Shown in pieces: positions 39,429 through 52,521 of a stretch of 64,000 bases of DNA. The notes beneath the pieces are model-generated. The model saw only the letters and a list, made by a program, of their open reading frames with translations, was not told where the DNA came from and ran no database searches. Source of the DNA: Endomicrobiia bacterium (GTDB lineage: Bacteria; Elusimicrobiota; Endomicrobiia; DTEH01); assembly GCA_039630545.1 (NCBI GenBank), contig JBCNUU010000003.1, forward strand, positions 173,512 through 237,511. Direction: 5' to 3'. Each line of letters starts with the position of its first letter. Positions within the stretch are counted from its first letter, which is position 1. Made by a program: the position numbers and the translations under genes.

Positions 39429-42400
39429 ATGAAAAGAGATCAGACACAGATATTTGTACTTGATGCTTCTGCAGGAACTGGCAAGACATATAGTTTAGCA
39501 GAAAGATATCTTAGGTTGATATTTGAGTCTTTTTCATATAAAGGTACACCTTCAATTAATGAAATAATAGCGATTACCTTTACAAATAAAGCATGTTTTG
39601 AAATGAAACAAAGGATTTTAGAGATGCTTAAGAAGATTGCTCTGGATAAGTTTGAGAAAATAGAAGAAAAAAATGATATTATCTTTAAACTTAACTTTCA
39701 AAATTTAAATGTTCTTAAAAGACAAGCTGAAACAATAATTGAAGAAATACTCAAAAATTATCACTTCTTTCAAATTTATACTATTGATAGCTTTATACAC
39801 ACATTAGCTAAAGCTTATGCGTTTCATTTAAGAATATCTCCAAATTTTAAAGTTGAAACTAGCCTAGCTGAATATTTGGATTACAGTGTAGATTATATGA
39901 TAGATAAGGCTTCTGAAAGTAAAAAAATTAAACAACTGTTAAAAGAATTTCTTAAGACCTATCTTTTAGTAGAACATAAAAGAAGTTTTAATCCTAAAAC
40001 TCATATATTTAAAATTATAAGAGTTTTATATGAGTATTCCAGTAATTATTCTTCTGGTTTTAAAAAGTTTGAAACTTTTAGAAATTTTTTTGGTGATTCT
40101 AAAAACTTGATAAAAAATATAAGAAGATTTTATGAAAAAATACCAAAAGAGAAAATTAATAAAAATTTTATAAATGGTATAGAAAAATTTTTAGAAGAAC
40201 ATAAAACTTCTTCCGTAATAAAGTTTGAAAACCTCTCTAAATGGCTTTTAAGAGAAGAAATTCCTATAAACAAAGGACATAATATTTCAAATAGTTTTAA
40301 TAATGAATGGAAAAAAATAAAAAAGTCACTTTCTGAGTTGTGTACCGTTTATGCCAGAGGAGTTTATAATAACTACATTGAGATTTATAATCTGGTTAAT
40401 GAAATTTTAGATAATATTGCCCAAAAACAAGATATTATCTTTTTAGAGGATCTTAATAAAAAAATTAGTTATATTCTTTCTTTTGAAGAGTTTATTCCAG
40501 AGTTATTTATTAGACTTTCTACTACAATTAAACATTTTTTGATAGACGAATTTCAGGATACAAGTGTTCTCCAATGGGAAAATCTTGTTCCTATAATTTC
40601 TCAAGTATTAGCATCTAATGGGACTTTGTTTTATGTGGGGGACAAAAAACAATCTATTTACAGATTTAGAGGCGGAGAAGCAGTGTTGTTTGATAGGGTT
40701 AAAGATTATTTTGGGCCATTTAAGATACAGATTGATTCTTTAAATAAAAACAGAAGAAGTAAAAAAGAAATAGTTGAATTTAATAATTTTATTTTCTCAA
40801 AAGAAAATCTTGAAAAATTTTGTAGAGAAATAAAAATAGATGACACTGGTCTTGTTAGGAAAATTTTAGAGGTTTATTCCAATACTCAACAGGAACCCTT
40901 AATGAAGGCAGGAGGTTTTGTTTATGGAGAGTTGATAGAAGAAGATAATTATGAGGAATTAGTTAGACAGAAGTTATTAAAAATAATAAAAGATTTCCAA
41001 CAGAAAAACTATAATATCTCAGATATAGCCATTCTTGTAAGAAAAACCGATGAGGCAGCTGTGGTTTCAGAATGGTTGTTAGAAGAAAGAATTTCTGTTG
41101 AGTCAGAAAAAACTTTGAATGTTAAGGATAATTATATAATAAAAGAAATAATCTCTCTTTTGAAATTTTTGAATTTTCACTTTGATAATATTTCTTTTGT
41201 ATCCTTTTTGTTAGGAAAAATTTTTATACATTCATCTAAAATTACTTTAGAGGAGATTCAAAATTTTGTTTTAAAAGTTTCAAGATTAGAAAATGTTGTT
41301 TTTTGCGAAGAATTTAAAAAAGAATATCCACAGCTCTGGGATAAGTTTTTTTCGTATCTTTTTGAAGTTTCAGGATTTCTTTCTGTCTATAATTTACTTT
41401 TAAAAATTTATAGTGTGTTTGATTTAAAAACAAATCCTGAATTTGTAAGAAATTATGCATTTTTTGTACACCTTTTGAATCTTGCTAAAAAAGCTGAAGA
41501 GAAAAATGGTTCGTTAAATTTTTTTCTTAATTTTATAGAAAATTTAAAAGAAGAAGATCTGCATATAAATGCCAAAGCAGAAAAATCTGTAAAAGTTCTA
41601 ACCATTCATAAAGCAAAAGGACTTGAGTTTAAAGTTGTAATTATTCCATTTCTAGAAATAGAAATAGAAGTTGGTAGACACAAAGGTGTCTCTTCTCGGT
41701 TTTTAGTTGTAAAAGAAAAAAATTCAGTTAGTTTAATAAAATCCAACAAAAAACTTGCTGAACTTTCAGAGGAAGTTTCTAAGTTTTATAATGAGGAGTA
41801 TGTGAATTTATTGATAGATGAACTTAATGTTCTTTATGTAGCTTTAACTCGTGCAAAAGACCAACTTTATTTTTTTGTTCCGCAAAAAAATTCAAATCTT
41901 GCAGTTTCATTATTCCCGTGGCAGGATGTTATCATTAAAATAGGTTCTCTTTCTTTTCCAGAAGAAGATGTTGTAAAACCTTTAGCTGTGATAAAATTTC
42001 AGCCATCTGAATACAGGAACTGGCAAGAAATATTGATAGAGGAAAGAATTACAAAAGAAGAAATTTTGAATAAACAAAAAATTATAGATGGTAAAATACT
42101 ACATACAATTCTTTCATTTGTTGGCAGTTTATATGATAAAGATGTAGAATATGAAATAGAGACAGCTATTAAAAAGACAAAAAGATTTTTTAATATTAAA
42201 AACGAAGAACTTCAAGTTTATAAACAGAAAGTTTTAAATTTAATTCAAAAAGAAGATGTTAAGAAACTATTCTTTGTTGAAAAAGAAGATTTAGTTTTTT
42301 GTGAACAAGATATAATATCTAAAGACGGAGAAGTATACCGTCCCGATAGACTAATAATAAAAGAAAAAGAAATAAATATTGTAGACTATAAACTTTCCTC

Positions 42401-42527
42401 AAAAGAAAAAATTCAGGAATATAAATCTCAGCTTGAAAAATATGCTGCACTTGTTGAGAGTATTTGTAAGAAACCTACGAAAAAATATATACTTTTTTTA
42501 GATACTTTAGATCTTTTGGAAATATAG
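39429..42527 (+). CDS. addA: AddA-like UvrD helicase-nuclease
   Basis: ASAGTGKT, AITFTNKA, IDEFQDTS, VGDKKQSIYRFRG, TIHKAKGLEF, LYVALTRA, C-terminal RPDRL..IVDYK nuclease. Confidence 0.88.
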   Translation: MKRDQTQIFVLDASAGTGKTYSLAERYLRLIFESFSYKGTPSINEIIAITFTNKACFEMKQRILEMLKKIALDKFEKIEEKNDIIFKLNFQNLNVLKRQAETIIEEILKNYHFFQIYTIDSFIHTLAKAYAFHLRISPNFKVETSLAEYLDYSVDYMIDKASESKKIKQLLKEFLKTYLLVEHKRSFNPKTHIFKIIRVLYEYSSNYSSGFKKFETFRNFFGDSKNLIKNIRRFYEKIPKEKINKNFINGIEKFLEEHKTSSVIKFENLSKWLLREEIPINKGHNISNSFNNEWKKIKKSLSELCTVYARGVYNNYIEIYNLVNEILDNIAQKQDIIFLEDLNKKISYILSFEEFIPELFIRLSTTIKHFLIDEFQDTSVLQWENLVPIISQVLASNGTLFYVGDKKQSIYRFRGGEAVLFDRVKDYFGPFKIQIDSLNKNRRSKKEIVEFNNFIFSKENLEKFCREIKIDDTGLVRKILEVYSNTQQEPLMKAGGFVYGELIEEDNYEELVRQKLLKIIKDFQQKNYNISDIAILVRKTDEAAVVSEWLLEERISVESEKTLNVKDNYIIKEIISLLKFLNFHFDNISFVSFLLGKIFIHSSKITLEEIQNFVLKVSRLENVVFCEEFKKEYPQLWDKFFSYLFEVSGFLSVYNLLLKIYSVFDLKTNPEFVRNYAFFVHLLNLAKKAEEKNGSLNFFLNFIENLKEEDLHINAKAEKSVKVLTIHKAKGLEFKVVIIPFLEIEIEVGRHKGVSSRFLVVKEKNSVSLIKSNKKLAELSEEVSKFYNEEYVNLLIDELNVLYVALTRAKDQLYFFVPQKNSNLAVSLFPWQDVIIKIGSLSFPEEDVVKPLAVIKFQPSEYRNWQEILIEERITKEEILNKQKIIDGKILHTILSFVGSLYDKDVEYEIETAIKKTKRFFNIKNEELQVYKQKVLNLIQKEDVKKLFFVEKEDLVFCEQDIISKDGEVYRPDRLIIKEKEINIVDYKLSSKEKIQEYKSQLEKYAALVESICKKPTKKYILFLDTLDLLEI

Positions 42528-42530
42528 CAC

Positions 42531-45356
42531 ATGAAAAATTTGGAGTATTACACTTTTAATCTTGCTGAAGATATTTTAGATAAAATTTTAGAGTACATCA
42601 CTGCAAGATTTAAAATTGAAGAATTTAGAAAATTATGTATAATTTTTGGTGGAAAAAGGCCTGGGGTAGTTTTTAGAAAACTTCTTGCTGAAAAAATAAA
42701 ACAAGATTTCTTCTCACCGAGTATCTTTTCAGTAGATGAGTTTGTTGTATATTCTGCTTCTAAATTTAAAGAAATAAATTTTGTATATGAATTAGACGCT
42801 GTATATTTGCTATATGAAATAGTATATAGAAATATTCCTTTTTTAAGAAAAAAATTTAAAAATTTTTTTGAATTCTTAGGATGGGGTTATGAAATTTTTA
42901 ATTTCTTAGAAGAGCTAACTTTAGAAGATATACCTGATGACAAGCTTTTAAATATTCAAAAAGAGGCAGAAATTGGATTTAATGTACCACCTACAATAAA
43001 CGAGTTACTTAAGGAAATAGTGACAGTTAAACAAAAATTTTATGAAACTTTAGAAAACAAAAATCTTTCAACAAGAGGGATGCTATATAAGTTGGTGTCT
43101 CAAAATCAAGAATTGCAATTTGAAGAGTTCCACAAAATCATATTTGTAACTCCGTTCTATTTACATAATACAGAGTATAAGTTTATAAGAAATCTTATAG
43201 ATAAAAACAAAATTATAATTTTTTTCCAAGGAGACCAAAAAGATTGGAAACAATTAGAAAACTTATCTAAAAAATTAGGGATAAAAATAACTCCACCAGA
43301 AAAAGAAAATCAACTACCTGAAATGTATTTCTATTCTACTGTTGATGTTGAATCAGAAGTATTATGTGCTCATGAAATATTAAAAGGAGTTTCTGAAAAT
43401 GATTTAAATGAAGTTCTTGTAGTAGTTCCTGATGATAACACTGGAATTTCTCTTATTAATTATCTGCCTTTAAATGTAAAGGAGTTTAATTTTGTATGTG
43501 GATATCCTGTAAAAAGAAGTGTTTTTTATAGTCTTTTAGAATCAATATTTAATGCCCAAATTACAAAAAAAGGAACTAAATATCATACTAAAAGTTATCT
43601 GAGTGTTATTACCAATAAATTGATTAGAAACTTAAATTTATCGGATTATCCTAACACTACAGCTGGAATTGTAGAAACTATAGAAGCAATTATCGCAGGA
43701 AAAATAGAAGATGAAACCATAACCGGGAGTAGTTTTATAAAAATAACAGATATTCTTAAAAGCAAGGTTTTATATGAAAATTTATATGAAAATTTTTCTA
43801 AAAAAAACATCATAATTTCAAAAAAAGCTCTTAGGGGACAGCTTAAAACAATTCATGATTTGTTATTTTATCAATGGGAAGAAATAACCTCTTTTAAAGA
43901 TTTTTGTATAAAGTTGGAGAAGTTATTAAATTATATATTGAAATTTAGTTTAGCTACAAATTATTCTTTTAACCTAGAAGTAATGGATAAACTTTTTAAT
44001 CTAGTAGAGTTACTAAAAAATATTTCCTTTAGGGATTTAGTATTTTCTAAAGAAGAAATTTTTAAAATTTTTTTAAATGAACTGGAAAACATCAGGATTT
44101 CTTTTTCTGGTTCTCCTGTAAAAGGATTGCAAATATTAGGATTTTATGAAACAAGAAATTTATCTTTTAAGAAAGTTATAATTTTAGATGTTAATGAAGG
44201 CGTGTTGCCTTATCTCAAAGTAACATCCTCTTTAGTGCCTGCAGAAATATTAATAAAGCTAGGAATAAACAGAGTAGAGATAGAAGAAGAGATCCAGAGA
44301 TATCATTTTTTTAGACTGATCTATTCAGCAAAAGAAGTTCATCTGATATATATAGAATCTAAAGACAAAGAAAAAAGTAGATTTTTAGAACAAATTTTGT
44401 GGAATAAACAAAAGCAAACAAAACAATTAACTATTTCTAACATTTATCATGGAATCTATGAGATAGAAATTCTTTCAGGCAAACAAAAAATATCAAAAAA
44501 TAGCCAAATCATAGAGATTCTTCTAAAAATGATTTATTCTCCAACAGCAGTTGATACTTATATACACTGTCCCATGAAGTTTTATTTCAGATATGTATTA
44601 AACCTATCTGAAGACGACATCTTAGAAGAACCAGAAGGCAAACAAATAGGTAAATTTGTTCATGAATTTTTGCAGGCTATATTTAAGAAGTATGTTAAAA
44701 GAAAGCCTGTTATTGATGAAGTTTTTATAAAAGATGCTTTAGATTTTTTAGAAGAAAGTTTTAATAAGAAACTTAAAAAAAGTTTTAAAACTGATTCCCT
44801 TCTTATAGAAGAAGTAATGAAGTTTGTCTTGCGAGAATTTTTATTATTTGAGAAAGAAAGACTTTCGACACAGAAAGTAAAAGAAATAATTTCCCTGGAG
44901 AGTAATTTTCAGAAAGTTTTTCATCTGAATGATAATAAATTTTGTTTTTCTTGCAGAATAGATAGGATAGATAAGCTTGAAGATGACACCCTTTTAGTTA
45001 TTGACTACAAGACAGGTAATATCATGGTAATGAAAAAAGATCTCCAGTTGAATACTTCTTTGTCTAGGGAAGTGATAAAAAAACAAATAAAATCCTTGCA
45101 ACTTCCTTTATATGTTGAAGTGGTAAAAGAAAAATTTCAAACTGACAATATAAATGCAATGTTTTATGATGTAAAAAATCTTGAATATAAACTTCTATTT
45201 GATGAAAAAACTGACAAAGATAAAGTTCTAATAATAACAAATAAAGCACTAAAATACATTCTTGAAGAAATCATAAATCCACATGTTCCTTTTGTCGCTG
45301 ATGATACAGATACCAATCTGTGTTCAAACTGTAATTTTTATCTTTTGTGTAGATAA
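42531..45356 (+). CDS. addB: AddB-like inactive helicase with PD-(D/E)XK nuclease and Fe-S staple
   Basis: GLQILGFYETR.L.F, NEG.LP, SPT...Y..CP..FY, RIDRID, IDYKTG, terminal C..C....C. Confidence 0.85.
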   Translation: MKNLEYYTFNLAEDILDKILEYITARFKIEEFRKLCIIFGGKRPGVVFRKLLAEKIKQDFFSPSIFSVDEFVVYSASKFKEINFVYELDAVYLLYEIVYRNIPFLRKKFKNFFEFLGWGYEIFNFLEELTLEDIPDDKLLNIQKEAEIGFNVPPTINELLKEIVTVKQKFYETLENKNLSTRGMLYKLVSQNQELQFEEFHKIIFVTPFYLHNTEYKFIRNLIDKNKIIIFFQGDQKDWKQLENLSKKLGIKITPPEKENQLPEMYFYSTVDVESEVLCAHEILKGVSENDLNEVLVVVPDDNTGISLINYLPLNVKEFNFVCGYPVKRSVFYSLLESIFNAQITKKGTKYHTKSYLSVITNKLIRNLNLSDYPNTTAGIVETIEAIIAGKIEDETITGSSFIKITDILKSKVLYENLYENFSKKNIIISKKALRGQLKTIHDLLFYQWEEITSFKDFCIKLEKLLNYILKFSLATNYSFNLEVMDKLFNLVELLKNISFRDLVFSKEEIFKIFLNELENIRISFSGSPVKGLQILGFYETRNLSFKKVIILDVNEGVLPYLKVTSSLVPAEILIKLGINRVEIEEEIQRYHFFRLIYSAKEVHLIYIESKDKEKSRFLEQILWNKQKQTKQLTISNIYHGIYEIEILSGKQKISKNSQIIEILLKMIYSPTAVDTYIHCPMKFYFRYVLNLSEDDILEEPEGKQIGKFVHEFLQAIFKKYVKRKPVIDEVFIKDALDFLEESFNKKLKKSFKTDSLLIEEVMKFVLREFLLFEKERLSTQKVKEIISLESNFQKVFHLNDNKFCFSCRIDRIDKLEDDTLLVIDYKTGNIMVMKKDLQLNTSLSREVIKKQIKSLQLPLYVEVVKEKFQTDNINAMFYDVKNLEYKLLFDEKTDKDKVLIITNKALKYILEEIINPHVPFVADDTDTNLCSNCNFYLLCR

Positions 45357-45559
45357 ATTTATTCATATCTTAATGATTTTATAATATTAAGCTTTCCAGC
45401 TTTTTACACTGGCTTATAAGCAAAAATTTAATCTCTCAATAACAACTTGTATTTTTCAACTCTTTTTATTTGAGGGCTGTTTTGTTTGACAGCAAAGATA
45501 TAATTTCTTTTAGTTTAAAACTGTTTGAAAATAAAACTGGTGTTTGGTACAAAACCACC

Positions 45560-46246
45560 TCATGGATGGGAAGGGAATGGGTTTTTATGATGTTTAGGAT
45601 GTTTTTCACACGGAGGACAGCATCTATCATTGAATTTATTTTTCCATTTTTTCATTTTTTCAGGTTTTCCTGAAATTATAAAGTTTATTTTTCTAAATTT
45701 TTCTTTTTCTTCTAACAATCTTCTATGCTCCTCCTTGGTCATAACCTCATCACTCCAGATTTCTTTTTCTACTTTAAGAAGTTGATTGTGAGTTTCTTTT
45801 AGCAGTTTAGCATCCTCTTGTGAAATTTTTCCCTTTTTTAATAAGTTTTCTATTCTTTCGTTAAACCGCTTTTCTTTATCTTGTAATGATAAGTGTTCAT
45901 CATCAAAATGTTTTTCTGCTTTTTCTAACACATTTTTGATTTTTTGCCTTAGATTTCTTTCTTTTTTAAGCAGATTTTCTTTTTCTTCTTTTGTAAGTTT
46001 GTCGTCTTGCCACACTTGCTTTTTATATTCTTTTACTTCTTCTATGCTTCTTAATATATCTTTTTCTTCCTCTTCTGTGATTACACCTTCTTCTTTTAGC
46101 ATTTTTATTTTACCTTCAATAAATTCAATCCTTTTTGACGGATGGGGTATTTGTTCTGGTTTATCTTTTGCAGGTAAGGATTCGTCAAATGCAAAAGCAA
46201 TTGAACATAAAAATAAAATCATGAGTGTCTTTATTGAATTTTTCAT
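45560..46246 (-). CDS. Secreted helical-repeat protein with Cys/His-rich tail
   Basis: Signal peptide (..CSIAFA), two internal repeats G.I(T/S).E....W.D...TKEE...LL, tail RCCPPCEKHPKHHK; AAAGGAGGT RBS. Confidence 0.75.
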   Translation of the reverse strand: MKNSIKTLMILFLCSIAFAFDESLPAKDKPEQIPHPSKRIEFIEGKIKMLKEEGVITEEEEKDILRSIEEVKEYKKQVWQDDKLTKEEKENLLKKERNLRQKIKNVLEKAEKHFDDEHLSLQDKEKRFNERIENLLKKGKISQEDAKLLKETHNQLLKVEKEIWSDEVMTKEEHRRLLEEKEKFRKINFIISGKPEKMKKWKNKFNDRCCPPCEKHPKHHKNPFPSHP

Positions 46247-46260
46247 GGTTTTACCTCCTT

Positions 46261-46677
46261 TTATTTAGGTCTAAATACAGTATAATACTCAAACATGACT
46301 AAATCTATTGTTTCTTGTGGATAAAGTTCATATGTAAAAGTTTGTTTTTTGCTTTGGTATAATTTTGTCAAAAAAATAGAAACTGTAATAAAGATCACTC
46401 CCAGAGCAGGCACTAAATATCTAAAGTATTTTGCAGGTAATAATAAAACAGGTTTAATTTGTGTTTGCTTTAGTTTATTTAAAAGTTTTGCTTCAAAATG
46501 GGGTGATGTTTCTAAAGTTGTAGGTTGTAAAATGGTTTGTATTTTAGAAAAAAATTCAAAATCTTCCCTACACTTATTACATACACTTAAGTGGTTTAAT
46601 ATGATGTCTTTTTGGTTTTGAGATAATTCATTGTCAAAGTATTTAGATATCAAAATTTTGTATTTTTTACACTTCAT
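46261..46677 (-). CDS. Zinc-finger (zf-HC2) anti-sigma factor
   Basis: MKC......S.Y.D.EL.......HLSVCNKC (HxxxCxxC) plus one TM helix. Confidence 0.88.
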   Translation of the reverse strand: MKCKKYKILISKYFDNELSQNQKDIILNHLSVCNKCREDFEFFSKIQTILQPTTLETSPHFEAKLLNKLKQTQIKPVLLLPAKYFRYLVPALGVIFITVSIFLTKLYQSKKQTFTYELYPQETIDLVMFEYYTVFRPK

Positions 46678-46715
46678 AAATTTGCTTTCTTTAGTTAGGT
46701 GTTTTCTTTATATTA

Positions 46716-46744
46716 TTAGACACCAAAAAATTAAAAAACTTGCG
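46716..46744 (-). promoter_or_regulatory. Candidate ECF-sigma promoter CGCAAG-N17-GTCTAA upstream of the anti-sigma gene
   Basis: Minus strand reads CGCAAG TTTTTTAATTTTTTGGT GTCTAA in the 69-bp era/anti-sigma gap, an ECF-like bipartite layout. Confidence 0.5.
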
Positions 46745-46746
46745 GG

Positions 46747-47688
46747 TTAAAATCCCAGTTGCGATATAAAATCAGTTTTTTTTGTCCATTTTTCTTTAAG
46801 TTTAACATTAAGGGAAAGAAATACAGGTTTGTTTAGTAATTTTTCTATTTCTATTCTGGCTTGAGTTCCAATTTGTTTAAGTTTTTTTCCGTTTTCTCCT
46901 ATTATTATTGCTTTGTGATTTTCTTTTTCCACTATTACATAGGCTTCAATTACAATTTTGTTTTTATCCACATCTCCTGGTTTTATTTCTTCAACTATTA
47001 CAGCAGTAGATTTTGGTATTTCTTGATATACATTCTGGAAAATTTTTTCTCTTATTATTTCGCTTATTTGAAGTTTTAGTGGTAAGTTAAAAGCTTCTTC
47101 GTCTTCAAAAATTTTGGGTTGTTCAGGAAGATATTCAATAATTTTTTGTAGCAATACATCTATATTGGAATTGTTTAAAGCACTTACTGGAATAATTTCT
47201 TTAAAAAAACTAAATTCTTCTTTTATAGTTTTTATTTTTTCTTCTATTAAATCAGAATTTTTAATAAGATCTATTTTGTTTAATACACAAAACATATTTA
47301 TATTATTTAATTCAACTTTATTTTCTTTTAATATTTCTTTTAGTTTTTGCATAATTTCACGGTCTGTTTCTATAAAACCCTCTTTTGCATTTACAAGAAA
47401 AATTATTAAATCAGCGTCTAAAATTGAGTTATAAGCATATCCATACATTCTTTTTTCCAACTCGTTTTTAGGTTTATAGATACCAGGAGTATCAAAAAAT
47501 ATTATCTGAGCATCAGGGAAGTTTTTAACTCCAGCAATTGAGAATCTTGTGGTTCCTGCAATGGGTGAAACAATTGCTATTTTTTTGCCTAAAATAGTAT
47601 TTAACAAAGTAGACTTTCCAACATTTGGTTTTCCTATAATTGTAACATATCCAGCTTTAAAGTTTGTATTAGGGTTATTTTTAGTCAT
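46747..47688 (-). CDS. era: GTPase Era
   Basis: GKPNVGKSTLLN, TTR, DTPG, NKID, SAL, EIIREK, KH domain (IIIGENG..LKQIG..AR). Confidence 0.96.
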   Translation of the reverse strand: MTKNNPNTNFKAGYVTIIGKPNVGKSTLLNTILGKKIAIVSPIAGTTRFSIAGVKNFPDAQIIFFDTPGIYKPKNELEKRMYGYAYNSILDADLIIFLVNAKEGFIETDREIMQKLKEILKENKVELNNINMFCVLNKIDLIKNSDLIEEKIKTIKEEFSFFKEIIPVSALNNSNIDVLLQKIIEYLPEQPKIFEDEEAFNLPLKLQISEIIREKIFQNVYQEIPKSTAVIVEEIKPGDVDKNKIVIEAYVIVEKENHKAIIIGENGKKLKQIGTQARIEIEKLLNKPVFLSLNVKLKEKWTKKTDFISQLGF

Positions 47689-48301
47689 GTTCTTTTAGCT
47701 TTTTTATAATATATTTTTTAATATTTTGTCTTGCACGAAATAGCAGTGATTCTACAGAAGAAATTGAGGTTTTTAGAATTTTAGCAATTTCTTTATAAGA
47801 CATTTTTTGATAAATTGCAAGATGAAAAGCTAATTTTTGTTTTTTAGAAAGAGTTTCAAGAGATTCTTCTAAAATAGATTTAAATTTATTTTCTTCTTCC
47901 TTCTTTATTATTATATCTTCTAAATTATCACTTTTTTGAGTAAGTGGATTATCTTCTATGTTTTTCTCTTCTAATGAAATAACATTTTTCTTTTGTGATT
48001 TTAAAAAATTTATTGATAGATTTACAGCTATTCTGAAAAGATATGTTTTTGGTGATGATTTTTGTTTAAATGAATTTATATTTTTATAAAACTTTATAAA
48101 GACATCTAATACAATTTCTTCGGCATCTTGTGGAGAACCTTTTGGTTTTATATAGTTATATACAAATTCAAGTAAATTATTTTTATATATATCTACAAAT
48201 ATTCTAAAAGCTTTTTCTTTTTCCTCTTGAAGAGCAGAGTTATCTAAAAGGATTTTTATAGCTTTTTCTTCAATGTCGGATTGTTGATATTCTTTCATCA
48301 T
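47681..48301 (-). CDS. ECF RNA polymerase sigma factor
   Basis: DAEEIVLDVFIK.Y....F...S...TYLFRIAVN (region 2), MSYKEIA.IL..S.SSVESLLFRAR (region 4). Confidence 0.92.
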   Translation of the reverse strand: MMKEYQQSDIEEKAIKILLDNSALQEEKEKAFRIFVDIYKNNLLEFVYNYIKPKGSPQDAEEIVLDVFIKFYKNINSFKQKSSPKTYLFRIAVNLSINFLKSQKKNVISLEEKNIEDNPLTQKSDNLEDIIIKKEEENKFKSILEESLETLSKKQKLAFHLAIYQKMSYKEIAKILKTSISSVESLLFRARQNIKKYIIKKLKEHD

Positions 48302-48393
48302 TTATTTAAAATTTATTAAATGTGTTTAAAAAATTCAACAAAGCAATTCTTTAATTATTGAAAAATTTAACAAATTTTTTTATTATAAATACC

Positions 48394-51581
<3,188 letters not shown>

Positions 51582-51698
51582 AAAGTTGTCTGCTTGAAAC
51601 TTACCTGAAAAAAATAAAAATTATTCTGTTAGTTGCTAAATAAAAAAAATTTATATAAACAAGATTATTATAATTTTTAGATTCTTACGGAGGTAAAT

Positions 51699-52493
51699 AT
51701 GAACTTTGTTGTATGCATAAAACAAGTCCCTGCTACAACTTCTGTACAAATAGATCCAAAAACAGGTACATTGAAAAGAGAAGGTGTTGAATCAATTATA
51801 AATCCTTTTGATGAATATGCGATAGAGGAAGGAATAAGGTTAAAAGAAAGAGTCGGTGGGAAAACTACGGTAATAACTATGGGTCCCCCTCAGGCAGAAC
51901 AGGCTTTAAGAGAAGCTTTAAGTCGTGGTTGTGATGAAGCGATATTACTTACTGACAAATCTTTTGCAGGAGCAGATACCTGGGCTACTGCTTATACGCT
52001 TTCATGCGCTATAAAAATGTTGCCTGAACCTGTGGATCTTATAATATGTGGGAAACAGGCTTCAGATGGTGATACTGCTCAGGTAGGACCTTCTTTAGCT
52101 GAGATGTTAGATATTCCTCATGTAGCATATGTAAGAAAGATTTCTGAGATAAGACCAGGTTATATTAAAGTTGAAAGAATGCTTGAGGATGGAGTGGATG
52201 TTTTGGAGATGTCTTTGCCAGCGTTAATTACAGTAGTAAAAGAGATAAACACACCAAGACTACCTTCTCTTAAAAGTATGTTAGCAGCTAAAAAGAAACA
52301 GATACATTACTGGAACAAAGAAACTATTCATGCGGATTTAGACAAGATAGGACTTACAGGTTCACCGACACAGGTAAAAAAGATATTTTATCCACCAGCT
52401 AGAACAGGTGGAGAAAGAATAACTGGAGCTACTGCTAAAGAAATTGCTGAGAAGTTAGTAATGAAATTATCTGAAACAGGTTTAATAAAATAA
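51699..52493 (+). CDS. etfB: Electron transfer flavoprotein beta subunit
   Basis: VCIKQVP, INPFDEYAIE, MGPPQA, FAGADTWATA, DGDTAQVGP, GSPTQV. Confidence 0.95.
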   Translation: MNFVVCIKQVPATTSVQIDPKTGTLKREGVESIINPFDEYAIEEGIRLKERVGGKTTVITMGPPQAEQALREALSRGCDEAILLTDKSFAGADTWATAYTLSCAIKMLPEPVDLIICGKQASDGDTAQVGPSLAEMLDIPHVAYVRKISEIRPGYIKVERMLEDGVDVLEMSLPALITVVKEINTPRLPSLKSMLAAKKKQIHYWNKETIHADLDKIGLTGSPTQVKKIFYPPARTGGERITGATAKEIAEKLVMKLSETGLIK

Positions 52494-52521
52494 TTTTTAA
52501 AATTGAAAGGAGAACTACATA

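Noticed and set aside
39429..45356. Helicase plus Cas4-like nuclease pair considered as a defence or CRISPR-associated system
   Set aside because: Size, motifs and Fe-S staple fit housekeeping AddAB; no cas genes or array are nearby.
45470..45673. 67-aa + strand ORF after addB
   Set aside because: TTG start without an RBS, overlaps the convergent gene, and has no recognisable motif.
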